Assembly (NCBI RefSeq): GCF_000155895.1
Contig: NZ_DS995298.1
Coordinates: forward strand, 660,001 to 692,000
Source: Candidatus Pelagibacter sp. HTCC7211
GTDB lineage: Bacteria > Pseudomonadota > Alphaproteobacteria > Pelagibacterales > Pelagibacteraceae
Direction: 5' to 3'
Length of the DNA: 32,000 nt
In this document: positions 7,419-15,303 of the stretch, one piece after another
Numbering within the stretch: the first letter of the stretch is position 1
Layout of the letters: every line of letters starts with the position of its first letter
Notes under the pieces: model-generated
What the model was told of the DNA's origin: nothing
Databases searched by the model: none
The model's input: only the letters and a program-made list of their open reading frames with translations
Position numbers and translations under genes: made by a program

Positions 7419-10115
7419 GTGAGTAAAATGCAAAAAAGAGACCTTTACTATGAAAGAATACCTACAAAACTCCTCAGAGAGAATGTTAGGTATTTAGGGA
7501 ATATACTTGGAAAAGTTTTAAAAGATCAAGAGGGTGATAAATTTTTCGAATTAGTTGAAAAAATAAGAAAACTTTCTAAGGTGAATAAAACAAACTTAAA
7601 TAGCAAACATTCTTACCGAAAAATTATTCGTACTATTAAAGGCTTAAATTCAAAAAATACGTTTAAATTAACTAGAGCTTTTTCACATTTTATGAATTTG
7701 ATAAATTTAGCAGAGTCGATTGATGCATCTAGAAGTTTAAATGAATATGAAAATAATAAAAAAAAAATCAATAAAAGCAATTTATTTATCGAAGAAATTT
7801 TTGAAGATCTTTTTAACAATAAGAATATTTCAGACAGCAAAATATATAATCATGCAAAAAATCTAAATATCGGTATTGTATTAACCGCACATCCAACTGA
7901 AGTAAAAAGAAGAACCTTAATTCAAAAATATCATAAAATTACTGAAATACTTGAGCAAAGAGATCTTTTAAAAAATTATCCCTCTAAACTGAAATTATTA
8001 GATAAAAAACTTTTCGATGAGTTTACAATTATTTGGAATACAGATGATTTAAAAAGAGTAAAACCATCACCATTTGATGAAGCTAGATGGGGCTTAGCAA
8101 TTATTGAGGATAGTTTGTGGGATACAATTCCAAAGGTTTATCGAAGATTAAACTCCATATTTGTTCAAAATATGGATAAAGGATTGCCTAAAAACTTTAA
8201 TCCAATTGAGTTTGGTTCATGGATGGGTGGAGACAGAGACGGTAATCCTAACGTTACTGCTAAAGTAACAAAAGAGGTTATTTTACTTTCAAGATGGGAG
8301 GCAGCAAAATTATATGAAAAAACTTTAACTAAAATAATTAGATCATATTCAATGGAAAAATGCTCAAAACAAATTCTAAAGAAAACTGGTAAGTCATATG
8401 AACCTTATAGAGTTTTCTTAAGACCATTAAGAGATAAAATGAGAATAACTCATAGAATGATTGAGCAACATTTAGTAAATAAAAAACCTTTAGATCAAAA
8501 AAAATTACTTAATTCTAAAGAAGAAATATTAAAACCTTTAAGAGTTGTTAGACAATCTTTAGAACAAAATAATAATGAAAATTTAGCTAGTGGAGAGTTA
8601 TTAGATTTAATGAGAAGAGCAAAATGTTTTGGTATTAACTTAGCTAAATTAGATATTAGACAAGAGTCATCAAGACACTCTCAGTTAATAAGTGAATTTG
8701 TGAAAAAGAAATATAATAAAGATTATTCAAAATTTTCTGAAATTGAAAAAATAAATTTTTTAAAAACAAAATTAAACTCATCCAAAAATGTGATCAATAA
8801 ATTCAAATTTAAAAATAGAGAAAATAGTGAAGTTTGGTCAACTTTTAATATTCTAGCTGAAGAGCCATCAGAATGTCTTGGAGCCTATGTTATTTCTATG
8901 ACATCTGCAGCATCTGACATTTTATCAGTGTATTTTTTACAAAAAGAGGCAAAAATTAAAAATAAGCTTAGAGTTGTTCCTTTATTTGAAACTTTAGATG
9001 ATTTAATAAATGCCAAATCTATTATGGAGAGCTTGTTCTCTCATAAATGGTACAGAAAATTAATAAATCATAAACAAGAAGTAATGATTGGTTATTCAGA
9101 CTCAAGTAAAGATGCAGGTAAGATTTGTGCTAGCTGGCACCAATATAAAGCGCAAGAAGAGATAGTTAAACTTGGAAAAAAATTTAATATTGAAATTACT
9201 TTCTTCCATGGAAGAGGAGGTTCAGCTGGAAGAGGAGGAGGACCTATTCAGGCAACAATGAGATCATTACCACCCAATTCTGTTAATGGAAGAATAAGAA
9301 TCACTGATCAAGGAGAAGTTATTCAACAAAAATATGGCTATGAGCCTCTGGCAAAATATAATCTTTGTAGTTATATAGGAGCAGTATCAGAAGCAACTTT
9401 AATTCCACCACCACAACCGAAAGATTCTTGGAGAGCGTTAATTGAAAAAATGGCAGAAATTTCAAAAAGTTCTTATAGAAAAAATATCAATCAAAGTTCT
9501 GATTTTATAAAATATTTTAAAACAGTAACCCCACATGTTTCTTTAGGAAAACTATCTATAGGTTCAAGACCATCTAAAAGAAAAAATGTGGACAATATTC
9601 AAAGTCTACGAGCTATACCTTGGATTTTTGCATGGACTCAAATTAGATTGATGCTACCAGCATGGTTAGGAAGCGCTGAAGCTTTAAGATATGCAAACAT
9701 AAAAGAATTTAGAAAAACATTATATGATATGGAAAGAAATTGGCCTTTTTTCAATTCAATGTTGGATATATTGGATATGGTCATTTCAAAAGTTGATCCT
9801 GATGTATCAAAAATTTATGAAGAATATCTTGCAGATGAAAAATTAAAAAGAGTAGGAAAAAGATTAAGGTTTCAATTTGATGTAATAAAAAAACTTAATA
9901 AAGAAATAACACCTAATGAAATTAGCAAATTAAGAAAACAATTTAGAACATCTGTAATAGTCAGAAATATTTATACTGAAGTACTAAATATTATTCAACC
10001 AATTGTGATAAAAAAGATTAAAACAATTAAAAATAAAGTTGATAAAAAATATTTAAATGATGCTTTATTAACATCAATTGCAGGTATTTCAGCAGCAATG
10101 AAGAATACTGGATAG
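7419..10115 (+). CDS. ppc: Phosphoenolpyruvate carboxylase
   Basis: 898 aa. Hallmark motifs VLTAHPTEVKRRT, GYSDSSKDAG and FHGRGGSAGRGGGP, and the C-terminal NTG. The track start is a GTG at 7419. An in-frame ATG at 7428 is an alternative start. Confidence 0.95.
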   Translation: MSKMQKRDLYYERIPTKLLRENVRYLGNILGKVLKDQEGDKFFELVEKIRKLSKVNKTNLNSKHSYRKIIRTIKGLNSKNTFKLTRAFSHFMNLINLAESIDASRSLNEYENNKKKINKSNLFIEEIFEDLFNNKNISDSKIYNHAKNLNIGIVLTAHPTEVKRRTLIQKYHKITEILEQRDLLKNYPSKLKLLDKKLFDEFTIIWNTDDLKRVKPSPFDEARWGLAIIEDSLWDTIPKVYRRLNSIFVQNMDKGLPKNFNPIEFGSWMGGDRDGNPNVTAKVTKEVILLSRWEAAKLYEKTLTKIIRSYSMEKCSKQILKKTGKSYEPYRVFLRPLRDKMRITHRMIEQHLVNKKPLDQKKLLNSKEEILKPLRVVRQSLEQNNNENLASGELLDLMRRAKCFGINLAKLDIRQESSRHSQLISEFVKKKYNKDYSKFSEIEKINFLKTKLNSSKNVINKFKFKNRENSEVWSTFNILAEEPSECLGAYVISMTSAASDILSVYFLQKEAKIKNKLRVVPLFETLDDLINAKSIMESLFSHKWYRKLINHKQEVMIGYSDSSKDAGKICASWHQYKAQEEIVKLGKKFNIEITFFHGRGGSAGRGGGPIQATMRSLPPNSVNGRIRITDQGEVIQQKYGYEPLAKYNLCSYIGAVSEATLIPPPQPKDSWRALIEKMAEISKSSYRKNINQSSDFIKYFKTVTPHVSLGKLSIGSRPSKRKNVDNIQSLRAIPWIFAWTQIRLMLPAWLGSAEALRYANIKEFRKTLYDMERNWPFFNSMLDILDMVISKVDPDVSKIYEEYLADEKLKRVGKRLRFQFDVIKKLNKEITPNEISKLRKQFRTSVIVRNIYTEVLNIIQPIVIKKIKTIKNKVDKKYLNDALLTSIAGISAAMKNTG

Positions 10116-10823
10116 ATGATAGAATTATTCATTGCATTTGCAGCAGGATTAATAAGTTTCTTGTCTCCATGTGTTCTTCCATTGATACCAGGTTATATTT
10201 CTTATATTTCAGGTAGTTCTTTGAACGAGTTAGTAAATCAAAAAAATGTAAATTTGATACCAACTTTTTTATTTACAGTTGGGTTTTCAATTGTTTTTGT
10301 TATTTTTGGAGCGGCTTCTACTTTTTTAGGGCAAGTATTATTACAAAATTCTAACGAACTTAGAATTTTTGCAGGTATAGTTATAATAGTTCTATCACTT
10401 CATATTATCGGTATTATTAATATTAAATTTTTAAGTTTTGAAAAAAGAATTCATACTAATTCAAATAATAATTTTTATAGTCCAATTTTAATTGGTATGG
10501 CTTTTGCATTTGGCTGGACACCTTGTATAGGACCGATTTTAGGTTCAATTTTAGTATTAGCTGCTACAGAGGAAAGTATTAACAAAGGTGTTTTGCTTTT
10601 AATCTTTTATTCTTTAGGACTTGCAATACCATTCATATTATCAGGCTACTTAATACAAAAGTTCTTGATATTTTCTAAAAATTTTAAAAAGAATATAAAT
10701 TTAGTTTCAAAAATTGGTGGAATTATTCTTTTAATTACAGGTATATTAATTTTAACAAATCAATTGCAAATTTTGGGTTACTATTTATTAGATATTTTCC
10801 CTTTTTTACAAAAATTTGGATAA
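10116..10823 (+). CDS. ccdA: Cytochrome c biogenesis / thiol-disulfide transporter CcdA (DsbD family)
   Basis: 235 aa, 6-TM profile. Conserved Cys in PC motifs (SPCVLPLIPGY and WTPCIGPILG). Starts immediately after the ppc stop. Confidence 0.85.
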   Translation: MIELFIAFAAGLISFLSPCVLPLIPGYISYISGSSLNELVNQKNVNLIPTFLFTVGFSIVFVIFGAASTFLGQVLLQNSNELRIFAGIVIIVLSLHIIGIINIKFLSFEKRIHTNSNNNFYSPILIGMAFAFGWTPCIGPILGSILVLAATEESINKGVLLLIFYSLGLAIPFILSGYLIQKFLIFSKNFKKNINLVSKIGGIILLITGILILTNQLQILGYYLLDIFPFLQKFG

Positions 10824-10831
10824 GATAAACT

Positions 10832-11413
10832 ATGAAAATATATCAAATAGATTCAAGTGCTAGAAAAAAAGGCTCAACCTCTAGGTCATTAGCAAAAAAA
10901 TTAATAAAAAAAATTAAAAAACCAGGTGATAAAGTTATTTATAGAGATTTAGATGACGAAATGGTTTTTGTAAGTGGATTAACCGAGTCAGGCATGAAGA
11001 TTGCAAAAAAGGATCAAACTAAAGAACATAAAAAAATGTTTAAACTATCTGATACACTTGTAAAAGAACTTAAAGAAAGTGATGTCATCATTATATCTGC
11101 TCCAATTTATAACTATGGTCCACCCGCAACTTTAAAGGCATGGTCAGATTTAGCTGCCAGAGTGGGAGAAACTTTTAGATTTAAACCTAACGGACGAAGA
11201 GAAGGATTGTTAAAAAATAAACGTGCATATTTAGTTATTACGTCTGGAGGAACAAAGCTTAATAGCAAAGAAGATTTTTTAACACCTTGGTTAAAATTTA
11301 TCTTAAAATTTTTTGGTATAAAAAAAATAAATGTAGTAAGCGCTGATCAAATGGCTTTAAATTATAAAAAATCTATTAAAGAAGCAGAAGATCAAATAAA
11401 GAAATTAACATAG
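10832..11413 (+). CDS. azoR: FMN-dependent NADH:quinone oxidoreductase / azoreductase (AzoR/AcpD family flavodoxin-like fold)
   Basis: 193 aa. N-terminal MKIYQIDSSAR..GS.SR.L, and an internal SAPIYNYGPPATLKAW motif typical of AzoR. Confidence 0.7.
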   Translation: MKIYQIDSSARKKGSTSRSLAKKLIKKIKKPGDKVIYRDLDDEMVFVSGLTESGMKIAKKDQTKEHKKMFKLSDTLVKELKESDVIIISAPIYNYGPPATLKAWSDLAARVGETFRFKPNGRREGLLKNKRAYLVITSGGTKLNSKEDFLTPWLKFILKFFGIKKINVVSADQMALNYKKSIKEAEDQIKKLT

Positions 11414-11472
11414 TAATAAAATTATAATATTCTTATATTTGTTATATTTATTCTTATTTGCTATCATTAATC

Positions 11473-11982
11473 ATGAAAAAAATTATTTTAATCCTTTTTA
11501 GTTTATTCTTTTTCACTAATAGCTATGCAGCATGTGACGACCCATTGACAGATGGAGTAGATTATTCAAATTGTAGATTTTCAGATGCACAAGATTTACA
11601 GGGAAGTTATTTGCCTAATTCAAATTTATCTTTTGCAAGTTTTATTCAAGTAAATTTCGATAAAAGTATAATGATGAATTCCAATTTATCTTTTGGGACA
11701 TTCCCGGAGTCCACTTTTGTAAGAGCAAATCTTTATGAGACCGTTTCAATAGGTGCAAATTTTGAAAAAACTAATTTTAGTGGCTCCAATTTAACAAGAG
11801 TTGACTTTATGGGTGCAACTTTAATTGAGGCCAATTTTCAAAATTCAAACTTAATGGAAGCAAATTTTACTTCTTCAAATATTACTAATGCCAATTTTGA
11901 AGGAGCAAATTTAATTGGAGCAACCTGGACTAATGGCGAAACATGTGGTCCAAATTCTATTGGTGTTTGTAATAAACAATAA
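11473..11982 (+). CDS. Secreted pentapeptide-repeat protein
   Basis: Signal peptide MKKIILILFSLFFFTNSYA, then tandem A(D/N)LxX-type pentapeptides (ANFEKTNFSGSNLTRVDFMGATLIEANFQNSNLMEANFTSSNITNANFEGANLIGA). The track start at 11458 is TTG, so I trimmed to the ATG at 11473. Confidence 0.8.
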   Translation: MKKIILILFSLFFFTNSYAACDDPLTDGVDYSNCRFSDAQDLQGSYLPNSNLSFASFIQVNFDKSIMMNSNLSFGTFPESTFVRANLYETVSIGANFEKTNFSGSNLTRVDFMGATLIEANFQNSNLMEANFTSSNITNANFEGANLIGATWTNGETCGPNSIGVCNKQ

Positions 11983-12273
11983 ATGAACACCTCCATAAAG
12001 ACGGATGATGTTATCTTTAATTTTTTTAAGGAAATTTGTGATGAAAAAGATGATGTTAAATGTCTTGAGCTGGGTAAAAATTGGATAAATGCAATGGAAA
12101 CAAACTTATCTAATATGGAAAAAAATTTGAATGGTGCTGATAAATTAAAATATAAAGACGATATTCAGAGTAATAGAGATCATTTGAATAGTTTAAAAAA
12201 TAAAAATTCGTCAGAATGGCGAGAATACGCTACTCAATGTATGATTGAAATAATGAACCAAAAAACTCAATAG
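11983..12273 (+). CDS. Hypothetical protein (96 aa, helical, acidic, no signal peptide)
   Basis: The ORF starts directly after the pentapeptide gene stop (TAAATG). I recognise no family. Confidence 0.5.
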   Translation: MNTSIKTDDVIFNFFKEICDEKDDVKCLELGKNWINAMETNLSNMEKNLNGADKLKYKDDIQSNRDHLNSLKNKNSSEWREYATQCMIEIMNQKTQ

Positions 12274-12337
12274 TTTAAATAATTAATAATAAAAATTATT
12301 TTATTAAGCTTTATTTAATCTTAAAAATATAATATCT

Positions 12338-12412
12338 AATTCAAAAAGGGGTGTCGTAACAGACTGAGATTAAACCCTAAGAACCTGTCCGGTAATTCAG
12401 AAAGGGAGAATA
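12338..12412 (+). promoter_or_regulatory. TPP (THI-box) riboswitch, apparently a compact variant controlling translation
   Basis: Ordered THI-box elements: GGGGTG (12348-12353), a GTC..GAC mini P3, CTGAGA (12364-12369), ACCC (12374-12377), AACCTG, GGTAAT and AAGGGAG. The conserved 3' AGGGA doubles as the SD (GGGAG, 12404-12408) of the downstream symporter. A possible P1 pairs ATTC (12339-12342) with GAAT (12408-12411). Confidence 0.75.
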
Positions 12413-13855
12413 ATGGATAAAACATACTTTATAAGTCAATCAACATCATTATCATTAGTAATAATTATTAGTTTATTATTTGCCATATTAGGCCTTTATC
12501 ACACTAAAAAGTTCAAAGGTATAAATAATTATCTAACTGCAAATAGAAACGTAGGTTTATTTTCTTTAACCACAAGTTTAGTTGCATCAGCTTTAGGTGC
12601 TTGGATATTATTTGGTCCAGCTTCTGCAGCGACATGGGGTGGGATAGGAGCAGTTATCGGTTATGCTCTTGGAACAGCTTTTCCAATGATTTTTTTAATT
12701 TATTTAGGAAAAAAAATTAGAAAAGAATTTCCAAAAGGATCATCTTTAATTGAATTTATGAGAAAAAAATTTGGAAAAAGTCTATTTAAATTGATTTTAC
12801 TAATGACTATTTTTTATATGTTCATTTTTTTATGTGCAGAAGTAACCGCTGTTGCCGTTTTAATTAATTATATTTCTGGAACTGAACTTTGGATCACAGC
12901 AATTATAGTACTCTTTGCTACTTTAACTTATACTTTATATGGAGGATTAAGAGCCTCAATATTTACAGATAATATTCAGATGATTGTTATTGGTATACTT
13001 CTACTAATTTCTGTAACGTATATAATTTCTTTTACCGGCAGTGAGTTTTCTTTTGCATACATAGAACAAAAAAATCCACAATTATTAAGCAGATCTTACA
13101 GCCCAAATTATACTGCAGGTCTAACTTTCTTTATAGCGGTTGCGGCCACGAATTTGTTTCACCAAGGAAATTGGCAAAGAGTTTATGCTGCAAAAGATTA
13201 TCAAACCCTAAAAAAAGGTTTAATTATTGCTTTTTTAATTATTGTACCAATTGTTTTTTTTATGGGTTTTGCTGGAATGGTTTCATTTTCAATTGACTCT
13301 AGTGCCAGACCTGATCTTGGTTTTTTTACATTATTATTAAGAGAACAAACTGAAATATTATCGCTAATAATTGTTACTTTAGGCCTAGCTTTGACTATTT
13401 CAACTGTTGATACTTTAGTAAATGCAATTTCAAGCTTATTTGTTGTAGATGGCAAGGCAACATTTAATTTCAATAAAAAAACTGATTATCTAAAATTATC
13501 TAAATATTTTATTATCTTTTTATCTGTGATAACTTTTATTGTTGCCTCAAAAGGATATGATATTTTGTATTTATTTTTACTAGCAGACTTGTTCTGTTGT
13601 GCATTTGTTTTAACTGTTTTCTTAAGCTTCTATAACAAAAATATTAATGAAAAAACTGCATATATTTCAATTGTAGTAGGATTAATTGCTGGATTTTTAA
13701 TGTTTCCATTTCCAGATTTTTCAAAAAGTCTATTAGTAGGGGTATTGTTGCCTAAAGAAACTTTTACACCTTTAATAACACAATCATTGTTATTTTGGTC
13801 TTTTTTAGTAGCAACTTTTTTACCAATGCTAATCTTAAAAATTAGAAAAGTTTAA
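12413..13855 (+). CDS. thiV: Sodium:solute symporter (SSS) family transporter, thiV-like (candidate thiamine-precursor/HMP importer)
   Basis: 480 aa, roughly 12-13 TM helices, SSS-like pattern. Located directly behind the TPP riboswitch. This arrangement was described for Pelagibacter thiV, which I recall from the literature and did not verify here. Confidence 0.8.
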   Translation: MDKTYFISQSTSLSLVIIISLLFAILGLYHTKKFKGINNYLTANRNVGLFSLTTSLVASALGAWILFGPASAATWGGIGAVIGYALGTAFPMIFLIYLGKKIRKEFPKGSSLIEFMRKKFGKSLFKLILLMTIFYMFIFLCAEVTAVAVLINYISGTELWITAIIVLFATLTYTLYGGLRASIFTDNIQMIVIGILLLISVTYIISFTGSEFSFAYIEQKNPQLLSRSYSPNYTAGLTFFIAVAATNLFHQGNWQRVYAAKDYQTLKKGLIIAFLIIVPIVFFMGFAGMVSFSIDSSARPDLGFFTLLLREQTEILSLIIVTLGLALTISTVDTLVNAISSLFVVDGKATFNFNKKTDYLKLSKYFIIFLSVITFIVASKGYDILYLFLLADLFCCAFVLTVFLSFYNKNINEKTAYISIVVGLIAGFLMFPFPDFSKSLLVGVLLPKETFTPLITQSLLFWSFLVATFLPMLILKIRKV

Positions 13856-13878
13856 TAATAATTATTTTATTTTTTGAA

Positions 13879-13914
13879 GGGGTCGCTCTTTAAGCAAATG
13901 CCTAAAGAGCTCCC
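13879..13914 (+). other. Imperfect GC-containing hairpin in the thiV 3' region
   Basis: 8-bp core GCTCTTTA / TAAAGAGC with a 10-nt loop, flanked by GGG...CCC. No clean downstream T tract on either strand. Confidence 0.4.
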
Positions 13915-13935
13915 TTAAATTGCCTCTTTGGCCTT

Positions 13936-13960
13936 AAAATCCGTTTGGATTTTTATTTTT
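13936..13960 (+). terminator. Weak intrinsic terminator-like hairpin (A-tract / stem / T-tract)
   Basis: AAAATCC-GTTT-GGATTTT followed by TATTTTT. AT-rich 7-bp stem. Plausible thiV terminator, possibly bidirectional. Confidence 0.4.
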
Positions 13961-14237
13961 GTTTGTTTGAAATATGTGCTTTTTGTCAGCTAAGTGTCAG
14001 GTGGTGTAAGTTTTAACATAATAACCTCCTTTAAATAAGTTAATTATTTAAATTATAATTATCAATTAATTTATTTGCATTTTAAGCAAATAAATTTCTT
14101 GAATACAACCTAGTGCTTTAGTAGATTCTCGATATCTGATTTGTTCTAATCTTTACATTATCAAATAATTTTTTTTAAGAATTTTTTTCTAACTTATTCA
14201 AGTTTACATAATTAATTAAAATGTATAAGGTTTAATA

Positions 14238-14417
14238 ATGAATTATTTATGTGCACTTAGAGATTTAGCAATTAGTCTAATAGTATCTACTATAATAATT
14301 TATGCTTTAAACATTATAGCAGGATTTGCTGGAGCAGATTATACATTCACTAATGGTGAAGCTTTTATAATTTGGATTTTAATGGCAATACTAGTTAATA
14401 ATTGCATGAAAAGATAA
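14238..14417 (+). CDS. Small hypothetical membrane protein (59 aa, two predicted TM helices)
   Basis: ATG..TAA ORF below the track's size cutoff: MNYLCALRDLAISLIVSTIIIYALNIIAGFAGADYTFTNGEAFIIWILMAILVNNCMKR. Two hydrophobic stretches. Ends 14 nt before the next gene. Only a weak SD (TAAGG). Confidence 0.4.
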   Translation: MNYLCALRDLAISLIVSTIIIYALNIIAGFAGADYTFTNGEAFIIWILMAILVNNCMKR

Positions 14418-14431
14418 TCATCTAATCTAAA

Positions 14432-15301
14432 ATGAAAATAGCTTTTATTGGTACGGGGCTTATGGGCTACCCAATGGCTTCAAATCTTCTTAAAAAAAAA
14501 TTAAATTTAAAAGTTTTTAGCAGAACCCTTGATAAAGCAAAACCATTAGAAAAACTTGGAGCACATATATCTAGTTCTTTAGGTGAAGCTGTCAAAGATA
14601 CCAATATTATTATCACAATGTTAACAGATGATGAAGCTGTTGAAAAAGTATTAGGAGATAAAGAATTTTTAAATAATCTAAAACCATCATCTACAGTGAT
14701 TGATATGTCATCAATCAAACCAAAAATTGCAATTCAATTTGGCAAAATATTAGAAGAAAAAGGAATTAATTTTTTGGATGCACCTGTTTCTGGTGGAACC
14801 ATAGGGGCAGAAGATGGAAGTTTGGCCATAATGGTTGGTGGTGAACAAAAAACTTTTGATTATGCTTTTGATACTTTAAAAATCATGGGAAATCCTACTT
14901 TAGTAGGTCCAATTGGTAGTGGCCAAGTATCAAAACTTGCTAATCAAATCATTGTAGGAATTACAATTGGAGCAGTAGCAGAAGCCATTACATTGTGTGA
15001 AAAAGCAGGTGTGGATGCAAATAAGTTTATTAAAGCATTGTCAGGCGGTTTTGCAGATGGAAAAATTCTCCAAAATCACGGAAAAAGAATGATAGATAAA
15101 GATTTTTCGCCTAAGGGTAAAGTGTCAACTCACTTAAAAGATATGAATAATATTTTAGAGTGTGCAGGTGATTTTGATACAAAACTACCTATTTCAAGCT
15201 TAATCAAAGAGATGTTTAATTCATTAGTAGAAAGAGGCAATGACAATGATGATCATAGCGCTTTATATAAAGAAATAGAAAATCAGAATAAAACTAAATA
15301 G
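14432..15301 (+). CDS. NAD(P)-dependent 3-hydroxyisobutyrate / 2-hydroxy-3-oxopropionate (tartronate semialdehyde) reductase family dehydrogenase
   Basis: 289 aa. N-terminal Rossmann motif MKIAFIGTGLMG, FLDAPVSGG, and the G.GQ..K..NQ motif of the HIBADH family. Confidence 0.85.
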   Translation: MKIAFIGTGLMGYPMASNLLKKKLNLKVFSRTLDKAKPLEKLGAHISSSLGEAVKDTNIIITMLTDDEAVEKVLGDKEFLNNLKPSSTVIDMSSIKPKIAIQFGKILEEKGINFLDAPVSGGTIGAEDGSLAIMVGGEQKTFDYAFDTLKIMGNPTLVGPIGSGQVSKLANQIIVGITIGAVAEAITLCEKAGVDANKFIKALSGGFADGKILQNHGKRMIDKDFSPKGKVSTHLKDMNNILECAGDFDTKLPISSLIKEMFNSLVERGNDNDDHSALYKEIENQNKTK

Positions 15302-15303
15302 AG

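Noticed and set aside
11454-11465. Identical 12-mer TTATTTGCTATC occurs upstream of the pentapeptide gene (11454-11465) and in the cysE/VOC divergent spacer (24352-24363). A related TTATTTGC forms the palindrome at 14068-14096. I considered a shared operator motif.
   Set aside because: At this AT content, hundreds or more chance 12-mer matches are expected within 32 kb (rough estimate only). The orientation and distance to the starts also differ. There is not enough evidence for a regulon without genome-wide enrichment.
13856-14237. I checked whether the long spacer hides a tRNA, tmRNA (including the two-piece alphaproteobacterial form), SRP RNA or another housekeeping RNA.
   Set aside because: There is no T-arm-like GGTTCGAATCC-type sequence, no tag-peptide reading frame ending in a typical ...AA stop, and no SRP domain-IV GGAAGCAGC-type motif. 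GTCAGGT at about 13997-14003 is only a partial resemblance. The region is retained as an unexplained spacer in findings.
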